From positions 800,001 to 864,000 of the forward strand of contig CBDBKE010000004.1 in the NCBI GenBank assembly GCA_965206645.1: a DNA stretch of 64,000 nucleotides. The letters run 5' to 3'. Origin of the DNA: Terriglobia bacterium. Its GTDB lineage: Bacteria; Acidobacteriota; Terriglobia; JAJPHL01; JAPKYU01. The first letter of the stretch is position 1. Every line of letters begins with the position of its first letter. Shown piece after piece: positions 50,799 through 61,248 of the stretch. The position numbers were made by a program, and so were the translations under genes. The notes below the pieces were generated by a model. The model made no database searches and was not told the DNA's origin. It saw only the letters and a list, made by a program, of their open reading frames with translations.

Positions 50799-51875
50799 TC
50801 AGAGTGCGGGAAGCGCCGGCACCACCTGTTTGGCCAGCAGGTCCATCGAGCGCAGCCACTTCGGCTTATCATCCCAGTCGTGGGCGATCATCAGCAGGGT
50901 ACCGAAGCCGCCGGTCTGTTCCCACACCTGCTGGAGCTGGCGGATGCAACTGTCTGGACTGCCGATGACGCACAGATTTTTCAGCGCATACTCCGCAGTG
51001 ACCTCGCAGTCCGGCATGTCCGGATCGCTCTTGAAGACGTTCAGCATGTTGGCAGACTTCAGCAGCTGGATCAGGTAGGCGAACGAACGAGCAAAGGTGC
51101 CGGTCCGGGCATGCTCCCAGGCTTCCTGGTCCGTCTCGGCCACGTAGATGCTGCGCGCCACATGCCAAAGGGAGCGGCTGGGCGCTGGACGGCCCGCTTG
51201 CTCCGCTCCAGCGCAGTAGACCCTCCAGTGACTGGTCAACGTGGAAACGGGCACCATGTTCGTGCTGAGCATCATGTAGCCCCGGCACCCAGCCGTCTGA
51301 GCCGCCATGGACTGACCCTTGATCACACTCATCGCGATAGGCGGGTGCGGCTTCTGATAGGGTTTCAACAGGGTGCCGGTGTCCAGTTCACGGTTGGGGT
51401 TCTCTATCCGGATGCGCCAGAATTGGCCACGGAAATCAAAAGGGGCTTCGGCCCGCCACAAATTCAGAACCATATCGATGCCTTCCAAGGTCATGAGCCC
51501 CTGCGTCTTGGGGTCCGGCAGGTTGAACAGCTCGTGATCGGTCGGTACGCCGCCCTGTCCGAAAGCACAATTCAGCCGTCCCCGCGACAAGTGGTCCAAC
51601 AAAGCGAGCCGGACGGCTACGTTTGCGGGATGATGCTGGGGGACGATGGTCACCCCGGGACCAAGCCGAATGTTCTTGGTCCGGGGCAGCACGTTGGCGA
51701 TGAACACGTCACTGGAGGGAATTGGCTCCCAGGCCAGCGTGTGGTGCTGCCCAATCCAGGCCTCGGAGAATCCCAGCTCGTCGGCGCGAACTACTAGCTC
51801 GATATCTTCCTCGAAGCATAGCGTGCGCTGCTTCTCCGGTGGATGCAATGGCATCATGAAGACGCCGAGCTTCAT
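50799..51875 (-). CDS. LLM-class flavin-dependent monooxygenase
   Basis: FMMPLHP, EAWIGQHH, LDHLSRGR, KPYQKPHPP, GGFGTLL. Confidence 0.9.
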   Translation of the reverse strand: MKLGVFMMPLHPPEKQRTLCFEEDIELVVRADELGFSEAWIGQHHTLAWEPIPSSDVFIANVLPRTKNIRLGPGVTIVPQHHPANVAVRLALLDHLSRGRLNCAFGQGGVPTDHELFNLPDPKTQGLMTLEGIDMVLNLWRAEAPFDFRGQFWRIRIENPNRELDTGTLLKPYQKPHPPIAMSVIKGQSMAAQTAGCRGYMMLSTNMVPVSTLTSHWRVYCAGAEQAGRPAPSRSLWHVARSIYVAETDQEAWEHARTGTFARSFAYLIQLLKSANMLNVFKSDPDMPDCEVTAEYALKNLCVIGSPDSCIRQLQQVWEQTGGFGTLLMIAHDWDDKPKWLRSMDLLAKQVVPALPAL

Positions 51876-52280
51876 CGAGCCTCTCCTCTCAGGCGCTCCG
51901 CGGTTCCGAGCAGTCGCGGAAGCGATTCATCATCGCACACCACTTCTGGTTCTTGTAACTTCAAATGCCGCTGGCGGGGGGAAGGGACTGTCACGATCGG
52001 CTACCCGCGATTCGTCTTTCCACATGGTAGGATGCTACGAGGTCGGTGCCAACGAGCAGCAACGGTCAGACGTGTGGCTTCCGGGGCGTCTGAGCACACG
52101 TTGGGCTTACAACATTCTCTTGCAGGTGATCGCACCTGTCCACCTCTAGCGCCTCCAAGACTCGAGATGATCAATCACTCGAAGGGGTCCTCGTGAGTTT
52201 CCCTATGCTGGCTAAAAGGTTGAGCACTGACAAAAAGGATGATCGCGTCGGATTCTGAGCGCTTCAAAAGGACTGGCTTC

Positions 52281-53561
52281 ATGACCCAAGAAACCGCGTT
52301 CGAAATGGCAACTTCCAGCATCCGGTTTGGCCGGGGAGTCACCCGGGAGATTGGCATGGATCTCCTCGAAATGAAAGTAAAGCGGGTGATGGTGCTCACG
52401 GACCCGGTGTTGGGAAAGTTATCCCCGATGGCTCGGGTTCTCCAATCTTTGAACGACAACAAGGTTGAATTCAGCTTGTTCGACCGGGTTCGCGTTGAAC
52501 CAACCGATGAATCTTTCAAAGACGCGATTAAGTTTGCAAGCAGTGGAAGGTTCGAAGGCTTCGTCGCAGTGGGCGGCGGGTCCACTATCGACACGGCCAA
52601 AGCGGCGAACCTCTACTCCACTTACCCACCTTCAGATTTTCTGGACTATGTGAACCCTCCCCTTGGGAAGGGGATGCCGGTTCCCGGCTCTTTGAAGCCG
52701 TTGATCGCGGTCCCAACCACGGCCGGCACCGGAAGCGAGACAACCGGAGTGGCGATCTTCGACCTAGCGAAGTTGCATGCCAAGACCGGGATTGCGCACC
52801 GCCGCTTAAAGCCCATGCTCGGCCTGCTCGACCCTGACAACACTCGAACATTGCCTCCACAGGTTGCCGCTTCGGCAGGGCTGGACGTGCTGAGTCACGC
52901 TGTCGAGTCATATACAGCAGTGCCGTTTCATCGGCGTCCCATACCGGAGCGCCCCGTCCTTCGCCCTGCCTATCAAGGTTCCAATCCGATTAGTGACATC
53001 TGGGCCCTCGAAGCACTGCGAATGGTCTCGCGCTACCTGCCTCGAGCGGTCGAAGATCCGAGCGACGAGGAAGCACGTGCCCAGATGTTGCTTGCGGCTT
53101 CCTACGCCGGCATCGGATTCGGAAACGCAGGCGTTCACTTGCCGCACGGCATGTCTTACGCGGTTTCAGGGATGGTGCGCGACTTTCGTCCTGATGGCTA
53201 CGTGATAGATCACCCTCTGGTGCCGCACGGCATTTCCGTGATTCTGAACTCTCCGGCGGTGTTCCGCTTTACGGCGCAGGCCTGCCCGGAGCGTCACCTG
53301 CGGGCCGCAGAGCTGCTGGGGGCGGATGTCTCTCGAGCGAATGCGGCGGATGCAGGAAAGATCCTGGCTGATCGGATCACTTTTTTCATGAAACGCCTGA
53401 AAGTCCCGAACGGGTTGAAGGCACTGGGATACGGTTCGGATGACATCCCCAAGCTGGTCGAAGGGACACTGCCCCAACATCGCGTCACCAAATTGTCGCC
53501 ACGCCAGGCCGGGCGAGAGGAGCTTGCCCGGCTCTTTGAGAATGCGCTTGTAGCTTGGTAA
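52281..53561 (+). CDS. Hydroxyacid-oxoacid transhydrogenase (iron-containing ADH family)
   Basis: FEMATSSIRFG, GGGSTIDTAK, TTAGTGSE, RPAYQGSNPISD, GVHLPHGMSY. Confidence 0.9.
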   Translation: MTQETAFEMATSSIRFGRGVTREIGMDLLEMKVKRVMVLTDPVLGKLSPMARVLQSLNDNKVEFSLFDRVRVEPTDESFKDAIKFASSGRFEGFVAVGGGSTIDTAKAANLYSTYPPSDFLDYVNPPLGKGMPVPGSLKPLIAVPTTAGTGSETTGVAIFDLAKLHAKTGIAHRRLKPMLGLLDPDNTRTLPPQVAASAGLDVLSHAVESYTAVPFHRRPIPERPVLRPAYQGSNPISDIWALEALRMVSRYLPRAVEDPSDEEARAQMLLAASYAGIGFGNAGVHLPHGMSYAVSGMVRDFRPDGYVIDHPLVPHGISVILNSPAVFRFTAQACPERHLRAAELLGADVSRANAADAGKILADRITFFMKRLKVPNGLKALGYGSDDIPKLVEGTLPQHRVTKLSPRQAGREELARLFENALVAW

Positions 53562-53759
53562 CAGCTATTCCTCTCTCCTAGTCTTGAACCGTCTCGCCGA
53601 TTCTCCTGAAGCGAACAGAATGGAAAGAAAGAACCCTTGAGCCTGCCGACGTCGTTAGAGATGAGCTTGAGTCGGCAGGGCGGCTGGCGTATGCTCTTGG
53701 GCGAGGGGCGAAGTCAAATCGGAAATTCCACGTAAAACAGGCTCCGTGAAGGTTTGAGT

Positions 53760-54257
53760 ATGCGGAACTGAATCATCCCGCGAAAGGCGCTGTTATTGAC
53801 GGCTGCCCTTTCCTTGTTTCTGCCGTTTCGGGTCTCTGCCCAACAACCCGATCTGGCTCGCGAAGCGGTGACGCTTCTGGAAGCCAACTGCATCGCTTGC
53901 CATGGCAGTTCTCAAATGTCAGGCCTGGACATGCGGCAGAGGGGAACCCTGCTGAAGGGAGGAAGCAGGGGGCCTGCAATCAAACCCGGCAATACGCGGG
54001 AAAGCCTGCTCTTTCAGGCGGTCTCGCACCGGGGCGCGTTAAAAATGCCGCCCGACAGCAAGTCACCCCTTCCGTTGGAAGAGCTGGCCGTTTTGAAGAA
54101 GTGGATTGAAGCTGGTGCTCCCTGGCCCAAAGAGGAGGCCCAGCGGGCCGAATCCACCTGGTGGGCGTTTCGAAAAGCACAACGGCCAGCCGTGCCGCAG
54201 CCCAAGGCGACAAGTCCTCCCCGAAGAGCCTGTAGGGTACCCCGCGCATGGGCTTAG
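53760..54257 (+). pseudogene. Planctomycete-type cytochrome c domain protein, truncated
   Basis: ATG CGG AAC TGA in frame with a signal peptide, CIACHG, KMPP, WIEAGAPWP, WWAF; expected DUF1549/DUF1553 part missing. Confidence 0.75.
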
Positions 54258-54721
54258 GACAACACAAAACGAGCGGGGACACGCAGCAGAATTGGAATTC
54301 ACCAACTTGCGATGGGGTATACGGCTATATGTTGGTCGACTGTGTGCCGCCGAAGCCGGATTGGAAGACTATGCTCATGAGTTTGATCACCTTCATGAAG
54401 CACTGGAGAAAATGATCCGCGCTGCAGGATGGGTGAAGCTCGCGCCGGCCGCCAGGCCTGCCCTATGAAAGAGAGCAATTGTCTGCCGCCGCGCGTATTC
54501 GTGAGCCTGCTTTACTTGAGCCGGTCGGACCCATCCGCCAATCACTTCACACGAAGGACTGGTGCCAGGCCTAACCCCGCGGGAAAGCGAATCGGAAGAA
54601 ACGGCTTTCCCGGCCGAAGCGGTTCGGGGCTTGGACACGGTTTTCGGTACAGTTTGTTACCAGGGCGTTACCGGGCCTGCCAGCCTGCCGGAGCCAGAAC
54701 CCGTAAGTGTAGGAGTAGGAG

Positions 54722-54799
54722 TGGTGTCCCCAGCGGGATTCGAACCCGCGTTTCCGCCTTGAAAGGGCGATGTCCTAGGCCGGGCTAGACGATAGGGAC
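54722..54799 (-). tRNA. tRNA-Glu (TTC)
   Basis: GTCCCTATCGTCTAGCCCGGCCTAGGACATCGCCCTTTCAAGGCGGAAACGCGGGTTCGAATCCCGCTGGGGACACCA. Confidence 0.95.
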
Positions 54800-54809
54800 C
54801 AGTCTGCCT

Positions 54810-54839
54810 ATCGTACCGAGGCCCAACACCCTCAGTCAA
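54810..54839 (-). promoter_or_regulatory. Putative tRNA-Glu promoter
   Basis: TTGACT-N18-TACGAT, 10 nt upstream of the tRNA. Confidence 0.6.
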
Positions 54840-55038
54840 TCAGTCGAGTGTCAAGGGCGGAGTAAAACTAGACCACTCCGGCGGAGAGAAAGTAGACCAG
54901 TTCAGGGGTGGTGGAAGCTTTGATTTGAGAGGGAGTTGCGGGGGCGGTTGGAGCGGAGGCCTGCGACGCCCGCAGGGCGGCGCGGTTAGGCCGGAGTGGA
55001 AGCCGCCCTCGCAACTCGTCGCCCAGTATTGGGTGAGA

Positions 55039-55803
55039 TCAGGCGCGAGGCTTTCCGGAACGCCTTCGTTTGCTGTCCTTGAGCCGGTAACTTTCCCCGT
55101 TCATCTCCAGGATGTGGACATGGTGGGTGAGACGATCCAGCAGGGCTCCGGTCAGCCGCTCCGATCCGAAGGCCTCCGTCCATTCGTTGAACGGCAGGTT
55201 GCTGGTCACCACGGTGGCGCTGCGTTCGTAGCGCCGGCTGAAGACCTCAAACAGCAACTCCGCCCCAGTCTTGGATAGCGGCACGAAACCCAGCTCGTCA
55301 ATGATCAACAGCTCGAAACTGGAGAGCATCTTCTGGAACCGCATCAGGCGCCGCTCGTCCTTGGCCTCGATCAGCTCATGCGCCAGGGAGGCCGCCGTAG
55401 TGAACCGGACCCGGAACCCTTTCTGACAGGCGGCCAGTCCCAGCGCCAACGCAATGTGGGTTTTTCCCGTGCCCGAGTTCCCTAAAGCCAGGATGTTCTC
55501 CTTGCGTTCGATGAACTCGCCTCGGGCCAGCTCGAGCACCAAGGCCTTATTCAGCGACGGAAGGGCCAGGAAATCGAAACTGTCGAGGCTCTTCACCACG
55601 TCGAACCTGGCTTGGTGAATGCGCCGCTCGGTGGCGCGCCGTTCCCGGTCCAGCAGCTCCAGCTCCGTCAACCGCAGCAGGTAGCGCGGGAAGTCCACGC
55701 CCTCGGCAGCGCACTGCTGCGCCACCTTGTCGTACTCACGCAAAAAGGTGGGTAATTGCAGGGCCTTCAGATGGTGTTCCAGCAACACCTGGGGCGTGTC
55801 CAT
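55039..55803 (-). CDS. istB: IS21 helper ATPase
   Basis: As copy 1, but VTSN instead of VPSN. Confidence 0.95.
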   Translation of the reverse strand: MDTPQVLLEHHLKALQLPTFLREYDKVAQQCAAEGVDFPRYLLRLTELELLDRERRATERRIHQARFDVVKSLDSFDFLALPSLNKALVLELARGEFIERKENILALGNSGTGKTHIALALGLAACQKGFRVRFTTAASLAHELIEAKDERRLMRFQKMLSSFELLIIDELGFVPLSKTGAELLFEVFSRRYERSATVVTSNLPFNEWTEAFGSERLTGALLDRLTHHVHILEMNGESYRLKDSKRRRSGKPRA

Positions 55804-57302
55804 CAGCAGACTCCTTCCCGGAGCAGGGTCAGATAGTCGGCGGCGGCTGTGGTGGCCACCTGCGTCGCCGGCAGGTGCGGATAGTGCTCCAGGTCCAGCC
55901 GCGCCGGCCGCTGCTCGATCCGGCCCAGCAGCAGATGCTTGACCGCGTCAGACCAGATCGCCCCCAGCCGCAAGGCGTCCTCGACGGCCAGCGACACTTC
56001 CGTCCAACGGAACGTCTCCAGCCGTCGCAGGACCTGCACATACTCCCGCTTGCCCTTCTTGCCTAACCGCGCCTCCATCAGCCGCCGCAGTTGCGCGAAG
56101 CCTTCCGGCAACTCCCAGCCGGCCAGGGGGGCGGCCTGGTTCAACGCGTTCGGCTTCTGCTCCAGCAGCGCCAGATAGTGCAACGGATCGAAGATCATCT
56201 CTTCCCGTTCCTAGCTCCGGACATGGCGTGCGATCACTTCGCTCGCTGCACAGATCACCACTTCCTCGACGAATCCCTTCACCAGCACCTCCCGGTGCCC
56301 CCAAGCCACCGGCACCGAATAGTCGTTGGATCGATACCGCACCAGCGACAGTGACGTCACCCGTGTGGTCCGTTTGTCGCAGGCCTCATAGGGCGTCGCC
56401 GGCAGGGGCAGCAGCCTCTGTTGATCCTTCGCGAACCGCTCGCCGATCGTCTCTTGATGTCCTCGCAGACGCCGCTCTCGCCGCCGGGTGCACTGTTCCC
56501 GCAGCTTCGCGTGCAACTCCTCCCAGCTGGCACACCGCGGCACCGGCACCAGGAAGTTCCGCCGCACGTAACCCACTAGTCCTTCCACTTTCCCTTTGTC
56601 ATTGCCCTTGCCCGGTCGTCCGAACTTCTCCGCAAACAGGTAGTGACTCTGCAGTTCGGAGAACGCCCGCGTCTTGTTCCGTGTTCCGTCACCCAGGATC
56701 TGCCTCACCGCCAGCTTGGTGTTGTCGTACAGGATCGTGCGAGGCACTCCGCCGAAGTAGCCGAACGCCTGGTTGTGCCCTTCTAAGAACGCTTCGGTCG
56801 TCTCAGCCGGAAACGCCATCACGAAGCAGTCGTCCGATTGCGGCAGCTCCATCACGAAATAGTGCGCCTTGCGCTCCACCCCGCCGATCACCACTTGCGC
56901 TTCGCCAAAGTCGGCCTGGGCCTCCCCCGGTGGATGCTCTAGCGGCACGAACATCTCCCGCTGGCTCAGCTTCCGCAGCCGCACGTAGTCCTTCACGATG
57001 GTGTAGCCGCCCGGGAATCCGTGCTCCTCCCGCAGCCGCTCAAAAACCCGCTTGGCCGTGTGGCGTTGCTTCTTGCTCTGGGCCTTATCTTGCTCCAGGA
57101 TCTGGTCGATGATCCCCACCCAGGCATCCAGCTTCGGCCGCCGCGCCGGCTGCTGCCGCCGATAGCCCGGAGGGATCGAGTACCGCAGCATCTTGCGGAC
57201 CGTCTCGCGGGCTAGCCCGAACTGCCGCGCCGCCTCCCGTTCACTGATCCCCTCAGCCTGAACTGCTCGTCGAACACGCGCATAGAGTTCCACTGTGTGC
57301 AC
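55803..57302 (-). pseudogene. istA: IS21 transposase with the same in-frame TAG (56211-56213)
   Basis: Same interruption as copy 1. Confidence 0.88.
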
Positions 57303-57540
57303 ACCTCCGGTGTTTCACAAAACACATCAGAATCACAATGTTTGATGGAATCGAACTGCGCTGGTCTAATTTTGCACCGCCAGAAACCGCCGCTTACGCG
57401 GCGCTCCCTGGTCTATTATTGCTCCGGCGTTCATAGTCGAGGACGAGCAAGGTACCAGGAGCCACACAGGGAACCCGGCGCGAACGACCGCCGCCCCCTC
57501 GGCACGACGCCATAACGCGCAACCTACTACGTCCTCAACT

Positions 57541-58902
57541 TCAGTCGGCCCCCGGCGCCAGGGAACGCGTTGCCGTTGCCGGCATGGCGACTTCGGGGAG
57601 TTCAATCTCAACCCGAGTTCCCCGCCCCGGCTGGGAAATAATGTGAAACCCGAAGTCAGTGCCGTAGAGCACCCGGAGGCGTTCCTGGACGTTGCTGAGG
57701 CCGATACCGCGACCGGCCGCCTGGGCCAGGGTCTCGCTCAGCATCCCGACGCCGTTGTCTTCCACCTCCAGCAGCAGCCGGCCATCGCGGTACGTGCTGT
57801 GAATCCGCACCACCCCGCCCGCCAACCGCGGGCTGAGCCCGTGCCGGATGCTGTTTTCCACAATGGGCTGCAGGATCATGCTGGGCAACTGCATCTCCAG
57901 CGTCTCCTGGTCCAGTTCTTTGACAATCTGCAGCTTCTCGTCGCCGAAACGCACTACCTCGATATCGAGGTAGTCGTCGATGAAGGCAAGCTCCTCGCTG
58001 AGCGAGGTGAACGTCTCCTGTCGGCGCAGCAGCCGTCGCAGGATGTTGGAGAGCTTCTGAATCATCCGGCGGGCCAGCTCCGGATCCAGCCGAGTCAGCG
58101 AAGAGATGGAATTCAAAGCATTGAACAAGAAGTGGGGGTGCATCTGGCTGGTGAGGGCGTCCATGCGCGCTTCCACCAGCAGGCGGCGGTGCTCCTCCAG
58201 CATGATCTCGTTACGGGTGTTGTTCCAGATCTTGATCGGGATAGCCACACAAGCAATGCTGGCGAACACGATGGCCACCTTCAGCAGGTTGTTGTCCGAG
58301 TCGAGGTAAAACAGCAGGTTGTTGACCGGATTCAGGTAGTACAGACGCCCCTCGGAGGCCCGACCGAGCAGCAGGCAGCCGGCCTGGAGCGCAACAATAA
58401 AAAGGAAGAACATCATCTGCCAGTCGCCGCGGGGCTTGCCGAAGCGGTGCCGGTACCAGCGGTAGATGTTCATGTCCACAAACGGAGAGAAGTGCCAGAT
58501 CTCTTCCACTTCTGGGGAGAGGCGGCGGGCCACCCCGCCCAGCACGCCGACGATCACAAACAAGGGCAGGGCCACAAACTGGCCATTGAGCAAGGCGGGC
58601 AGCGCCACCAGGGCCCCGGCCACGGCCCCCGCTAGATGGCCGCCCAGCAAGCCGGCCAGCAGGGCGCCTTCCACGCTCAAATCCGGCGCCTTGTACTTCA
58701 GGATGACCCGCACGGCCACTCCCAGTCCAAAGGCCACCCCTAAGAACAATCCCAGCTGCAGGCTCTGAGCCAGGGCACGCCGTTCCCGGAACAGCAGCGC
58801 TTTGAACGACCCGGAGCGCACCAGGATGCTGGCCAGGGAAGCCACGACCCCAACTTTTACCAGCAGTGTGACCAGCAGTTGCTGTTGAGATTCCAAACCC
58901 AT
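57541..58902 (-). CDS. LytS/YehU-family membrane sensor histidine kinase
   Basis: Multi-TM N-terminus, SQMHPHFLFNALN, LQPIVENSIRHG, DNGVG, GIGLSNV. Confidence 0.92.
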   Translation of the reverse strand: MGLESQQQLLVTLLVKVGVVASLASILVRSGSFKALLFRERRALAQSLQLGLFLGVAFGLGVAVRVILKYKAPDLSVEGALLAGLLGGHLAGAVAGALVALPALLNGQFVALPLFVIVGVLGGVARRLSPEVEEIWHFSPFVDMNIYRWYRHRFGKPRGDWQMMFFLFIVALQAGCLLLGRASEGRLYYLNPVNNLLFYLDSDNNLLKVAIVFASIACVAIPIKIWNNTRNEIMLEEHRRLLVEARMDALTSQMHPHFLFNALNSISSLTRLDPELARRMIQKLSNILRRLLRRQETFTSLSEELAFIDDYLDIEVVRFGDEKLQIVKELDQETLEMQLPSMILQPIVENSIRHGLSPRLAGGVVRIHSTYRDGRLLLEVEDNGVGMLSETLAQAAGRGIGLSNVQERLRVLYGTDFGFHIISQPGRGTRVEIELPEVAMPATATRSLAPGAD

Positions 58903-59011
58903 CGCAGGTTGTGAGTCAGCCGATACCGGGCCAGACCCAGCGGCTCGGCCTTCCGGATTCAATCACGGCCCGGCTCAATTCACGCTGCATGCATTATAAT
59001 GGCGAACGAGC

Positions 59012-59620
59012 ATGGAAGCACAGCCCACGGCGGCAGTCCAAAAGGTCGGAGAGGCGGATTTCCCCACCCGCTACGGGCGTTTCCGCATTTTCGGGTTTCG
59101 GCAAGGAGACGAGGCCGCAGTGGCATTGGTCATGGGCGAGCCGGCGGCGGCCGAAGCACCCCTGGTGCGGATTCATTCCCAATGCCTCACCGGGGACGTA
59201 TTTGGTTCACTTCGTTGCGACTGCCGGGACCAGCTCGAATTGTCCCTCCAGAACATCGCGGCCGAGGGTTGCGGCCTGCTCATTTACGAGCACAAGGAAG
59301 GGCGCGGAATCGGACTGATGAACAAGCTGCAAGCCTATGAGCTGCAGGACCATGGCGTGGACACGGTGGAGGCCAACCGGCGCCTGGGCTTTGCCGCTGA
59401 CCTGCGCAACTATGCCCTGCCGGCCGCCATCTTGCGCCACCTCGGAGTGGGCGCTGTCCGCCTGCTTTCCAACAACCCCCACAAGGTCCGGGCGCTGGAG
59501 GAGGCCGACATCCGGGTGCGGGAGCGCGTCGCCTGCGAGGCCGAGGCCCATGGATCACGCCGCAACTACCTGGAAACCAAACGAGACAAACTGGGCCACC
59601 TGCTGAACGAGCTCGACTAG
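59012..59620 (+). CDS. ribA: GTP cyclohydrolase II
   Basis: RIHSQCLTGDVFGSLRCDC, EGRGIGL..KLQAY.LQD, DLRNY, LLSNNP.K. Confidence 0.95.
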   Translation: MEAQPTAAVQKVGEADFPTRYGRFRIFGFRQGDEAAVALVMGEPAAAEAPLVRIHSQCLTGDVFGSLRCDCRDQLELSLQNIAAEGCGLLIYEHKEGRGIGLMNKLQAYELQDHGVDTVEANRRLGFAADLRNYALPAAILRHLGVGAVRLLSNNPHKVRALEEADIRVRERVACEAEAHGSRRNYLETKRDKLGHLLNELD

Positions 59621-59697
59621 TGGGTGGGTAGAACGACTGAGGGCTCTGCCCGGCCTCCTGCGATCGAAGAATCTCTTTCTGGGCTGTTGCGGGTGGT

Positions 59698-60198
59698 TCA
59701 GGCCTCACGGCGGCGGCCACGAGCGGCAGCGCCGCGGACTGGCAGCTCGCGCTCGGGCCGCTTGCGGAACATGTCTCCCTGCTTGAACTCAGCCGCCAAG
59801 CGCCTCACCTGGTCGCTGATGCAGACCGAGATGACGGGCTGGCGCGAGTTTTTCAACAAGTCCACGATCTTGCGCTGGCTGTCCTCCAGGAAGATGTTGC
59901 GGCCGTCGGTCAGCAGGTGATATTCGGAACTGGGGCGCAGCACGTCGGAGAGGCGCCGCCCGAGCTCGCGGTGCAGGAACCGCAGCACCCGGCGAATCTT
60001 CTGCAGGGAAAAGCCCTTGGTGCGCAGCTCGGCAATCACCGACACTTCGATCAGCTCTTCCAGCCGATAGCGGCGCCGGTGCCCCTGGTGCTCGGGGGAA
60101 ACGACTCCGCGCTCATCCCACCACTGCAGTTGGCGGGGAGTGACACGAGCCAGGGCGGCGACTTCTTCGCTGGAGAAATTTTGGTCCGAGCGAAACAT
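59698..60198 (-). CDS. MerR-family transcriptional regulator
   Basis: EVAALARVTPRQLQWWDERG...RRRY...GFSLQKIR. Confidence 0.85.
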   Translation of the reverse strand: MFRSDQNFSSEEVAALARVTPRQLQWWDERGVVSPEHQGHRRRYRLEELIEVSVIAELRTKGFSLQKIRRVLRFLHRELGRRLSDVLRPSSEYHLLTDGRNIFLEDSQRKIVDLLKNSRQPVISVCISDQVRRLAAEFKQGDMFRKRPERELPVRGAAARGRRREA

Positions 60199-60308
60199 TT
60201 CCTAAGCTCCGTGTTTGAAACAAGTTAGCTGGCCACTGTTAGCGCTGTCAAGCAGAAAAACGAACCTGGGATTGACTACCCGGAAACACCCGGGAGGACT
60301 CCGGCCAA

Positions 60309-60512
60309 CTAGCCGCCCCCCACAAACTGTACAATTTCCACCTGGTCGCCTTCCTCCAACTGCACCGCCGACCAGCGGACCCGGTGGACCACTTCGTGAT
60401 TGTGCTCGATGGCCACCCGATCCTCCGAGAGCTCCAGAAGGCGCACCAGAGCATCCAGGGAGATACCCTCCGGCACCGAGCGAACTTCCCCATTCACGGA
60501 AATCGCAATCAC
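60309..60512 (-). CDS. thiS: Sulfur carrier protein
   Basis: VNGE...VAIEHN...GDQVEIVQFVGGG. Confidence 0.92.
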   Translation of the reverse strand: MIAISVNGEVRSVPEGISLDALVRLLELSEDRVAIEHNHEVVHRVRWSAVQLEEGDQVEIVQFVGGG

Positions 60513-60526
60513 TTGCGCGCCCCAAC

Positions 60527-61129
60527 CTACTCCTCGGGATGGCGCAGGAGCCGAAACTTTAAAACCTCGGAGGCACCTCCGGCGGCGGCGTGGAACAGCA
60601 CCACTCCTTCCTCCGCCGCAGGGGGATCGAAGCGGATCTCGGCTATCCCCTCGGCCGATGTGGTGGTCTCGCCGCGCGTTTCCTGTTCCTCGCCGGGTGC
60701 GAGCACCGCGTGGACCACGGCGTCGGAAAGCGGCTGGCCGTTGACCCGGGCTCGGACCCGCAGCTGGAACAGCAACCGACCGTCTTGCACGATGTCGCGC
60801 GCGTTGGTCAGCTCCAGCGCCGGGGATGCCGGAGCGGCGGGGGCCGGAGCGGGCTGTTTCGCCGGCGCCGGCGGTGGAGGCTTCTCGGGTTCCACGTACG
60901 TCCCTCCCCGGATGGCTTCCACCAGTTTGCGGTGCTGCCGCTTCACCATCTCCTGCAGTTGCTCCGTTTTCGTTTCGCCGGGCTGGTAAGATGTCCGGCG
61001 GCGATCCACGATTCGGCCTCCCCTGTAGATGACCGAATCAATCACCGGGTGCTTTTCTCCGCGGTCTTCTGTCTGCACGTGGTAAACGGTGTCTCCCGCT
61101 TTGACGTCCGTGTTGTAGCCGAAAATCAT
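60527..61129 (-). CDS. Conserved hypothetical protein
   Basis: MIFGYNTDV...YHVQTEDRG N-domain, Pro/Ala linker, Ig-like C-terminus. Confidence 0.7.
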   Translation of the reverse strand: MIFGYNTDVKAGDTVYHVQTEDRGEKHPVIDSVIYRGGRIVDRRRTSYQPGETKTEQLQEMVKRQHRKLVEAIRGGTYVEPEKPPPPAPAKQPAPAPAAPASPALELTNARDIVQDGRLLFQLRVRARVNGQPLSDAVVHAVLAPGEEQETRGETTTSAEGIAEIRFDPPAAEEGVVLFHAAAGGASEVLKFRLLRHPEE

Positions 61130-61248
61130 CTCGCGGGCCCCAACTTGCAAATTTGTTCGCCCAACAGTATAGTGCCCTGGTTTAGGCCTCTGCTCTTGGG
61201 GGGCGCCATTATACCCAACGTCTCCTACGAGCGGCACAGGATTATGCC

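Larger units (their letters stand above)
54849..57435 (-). mobile_element. IS21-family element, copy 2 (2587 bp)
   Basis: Near-identical to 35463-38049; 6-bp target duplication GTCGAG on both sides. Confidence 0.95.

Noticed and set aside
53769-53771. Selenocysteine TGA
   Set aside because: It lies at codon 4 of a signal peptide in a gene that is also 3' truncated; a nonsense mutation is simpler
35463-57435. Composite transposon bounded by the two IS21 copies
   Set aside because: Outer flanks TTCCGG and GTCGAG do not match, and copy 2 has its own target duplication, indicating an independent insertion
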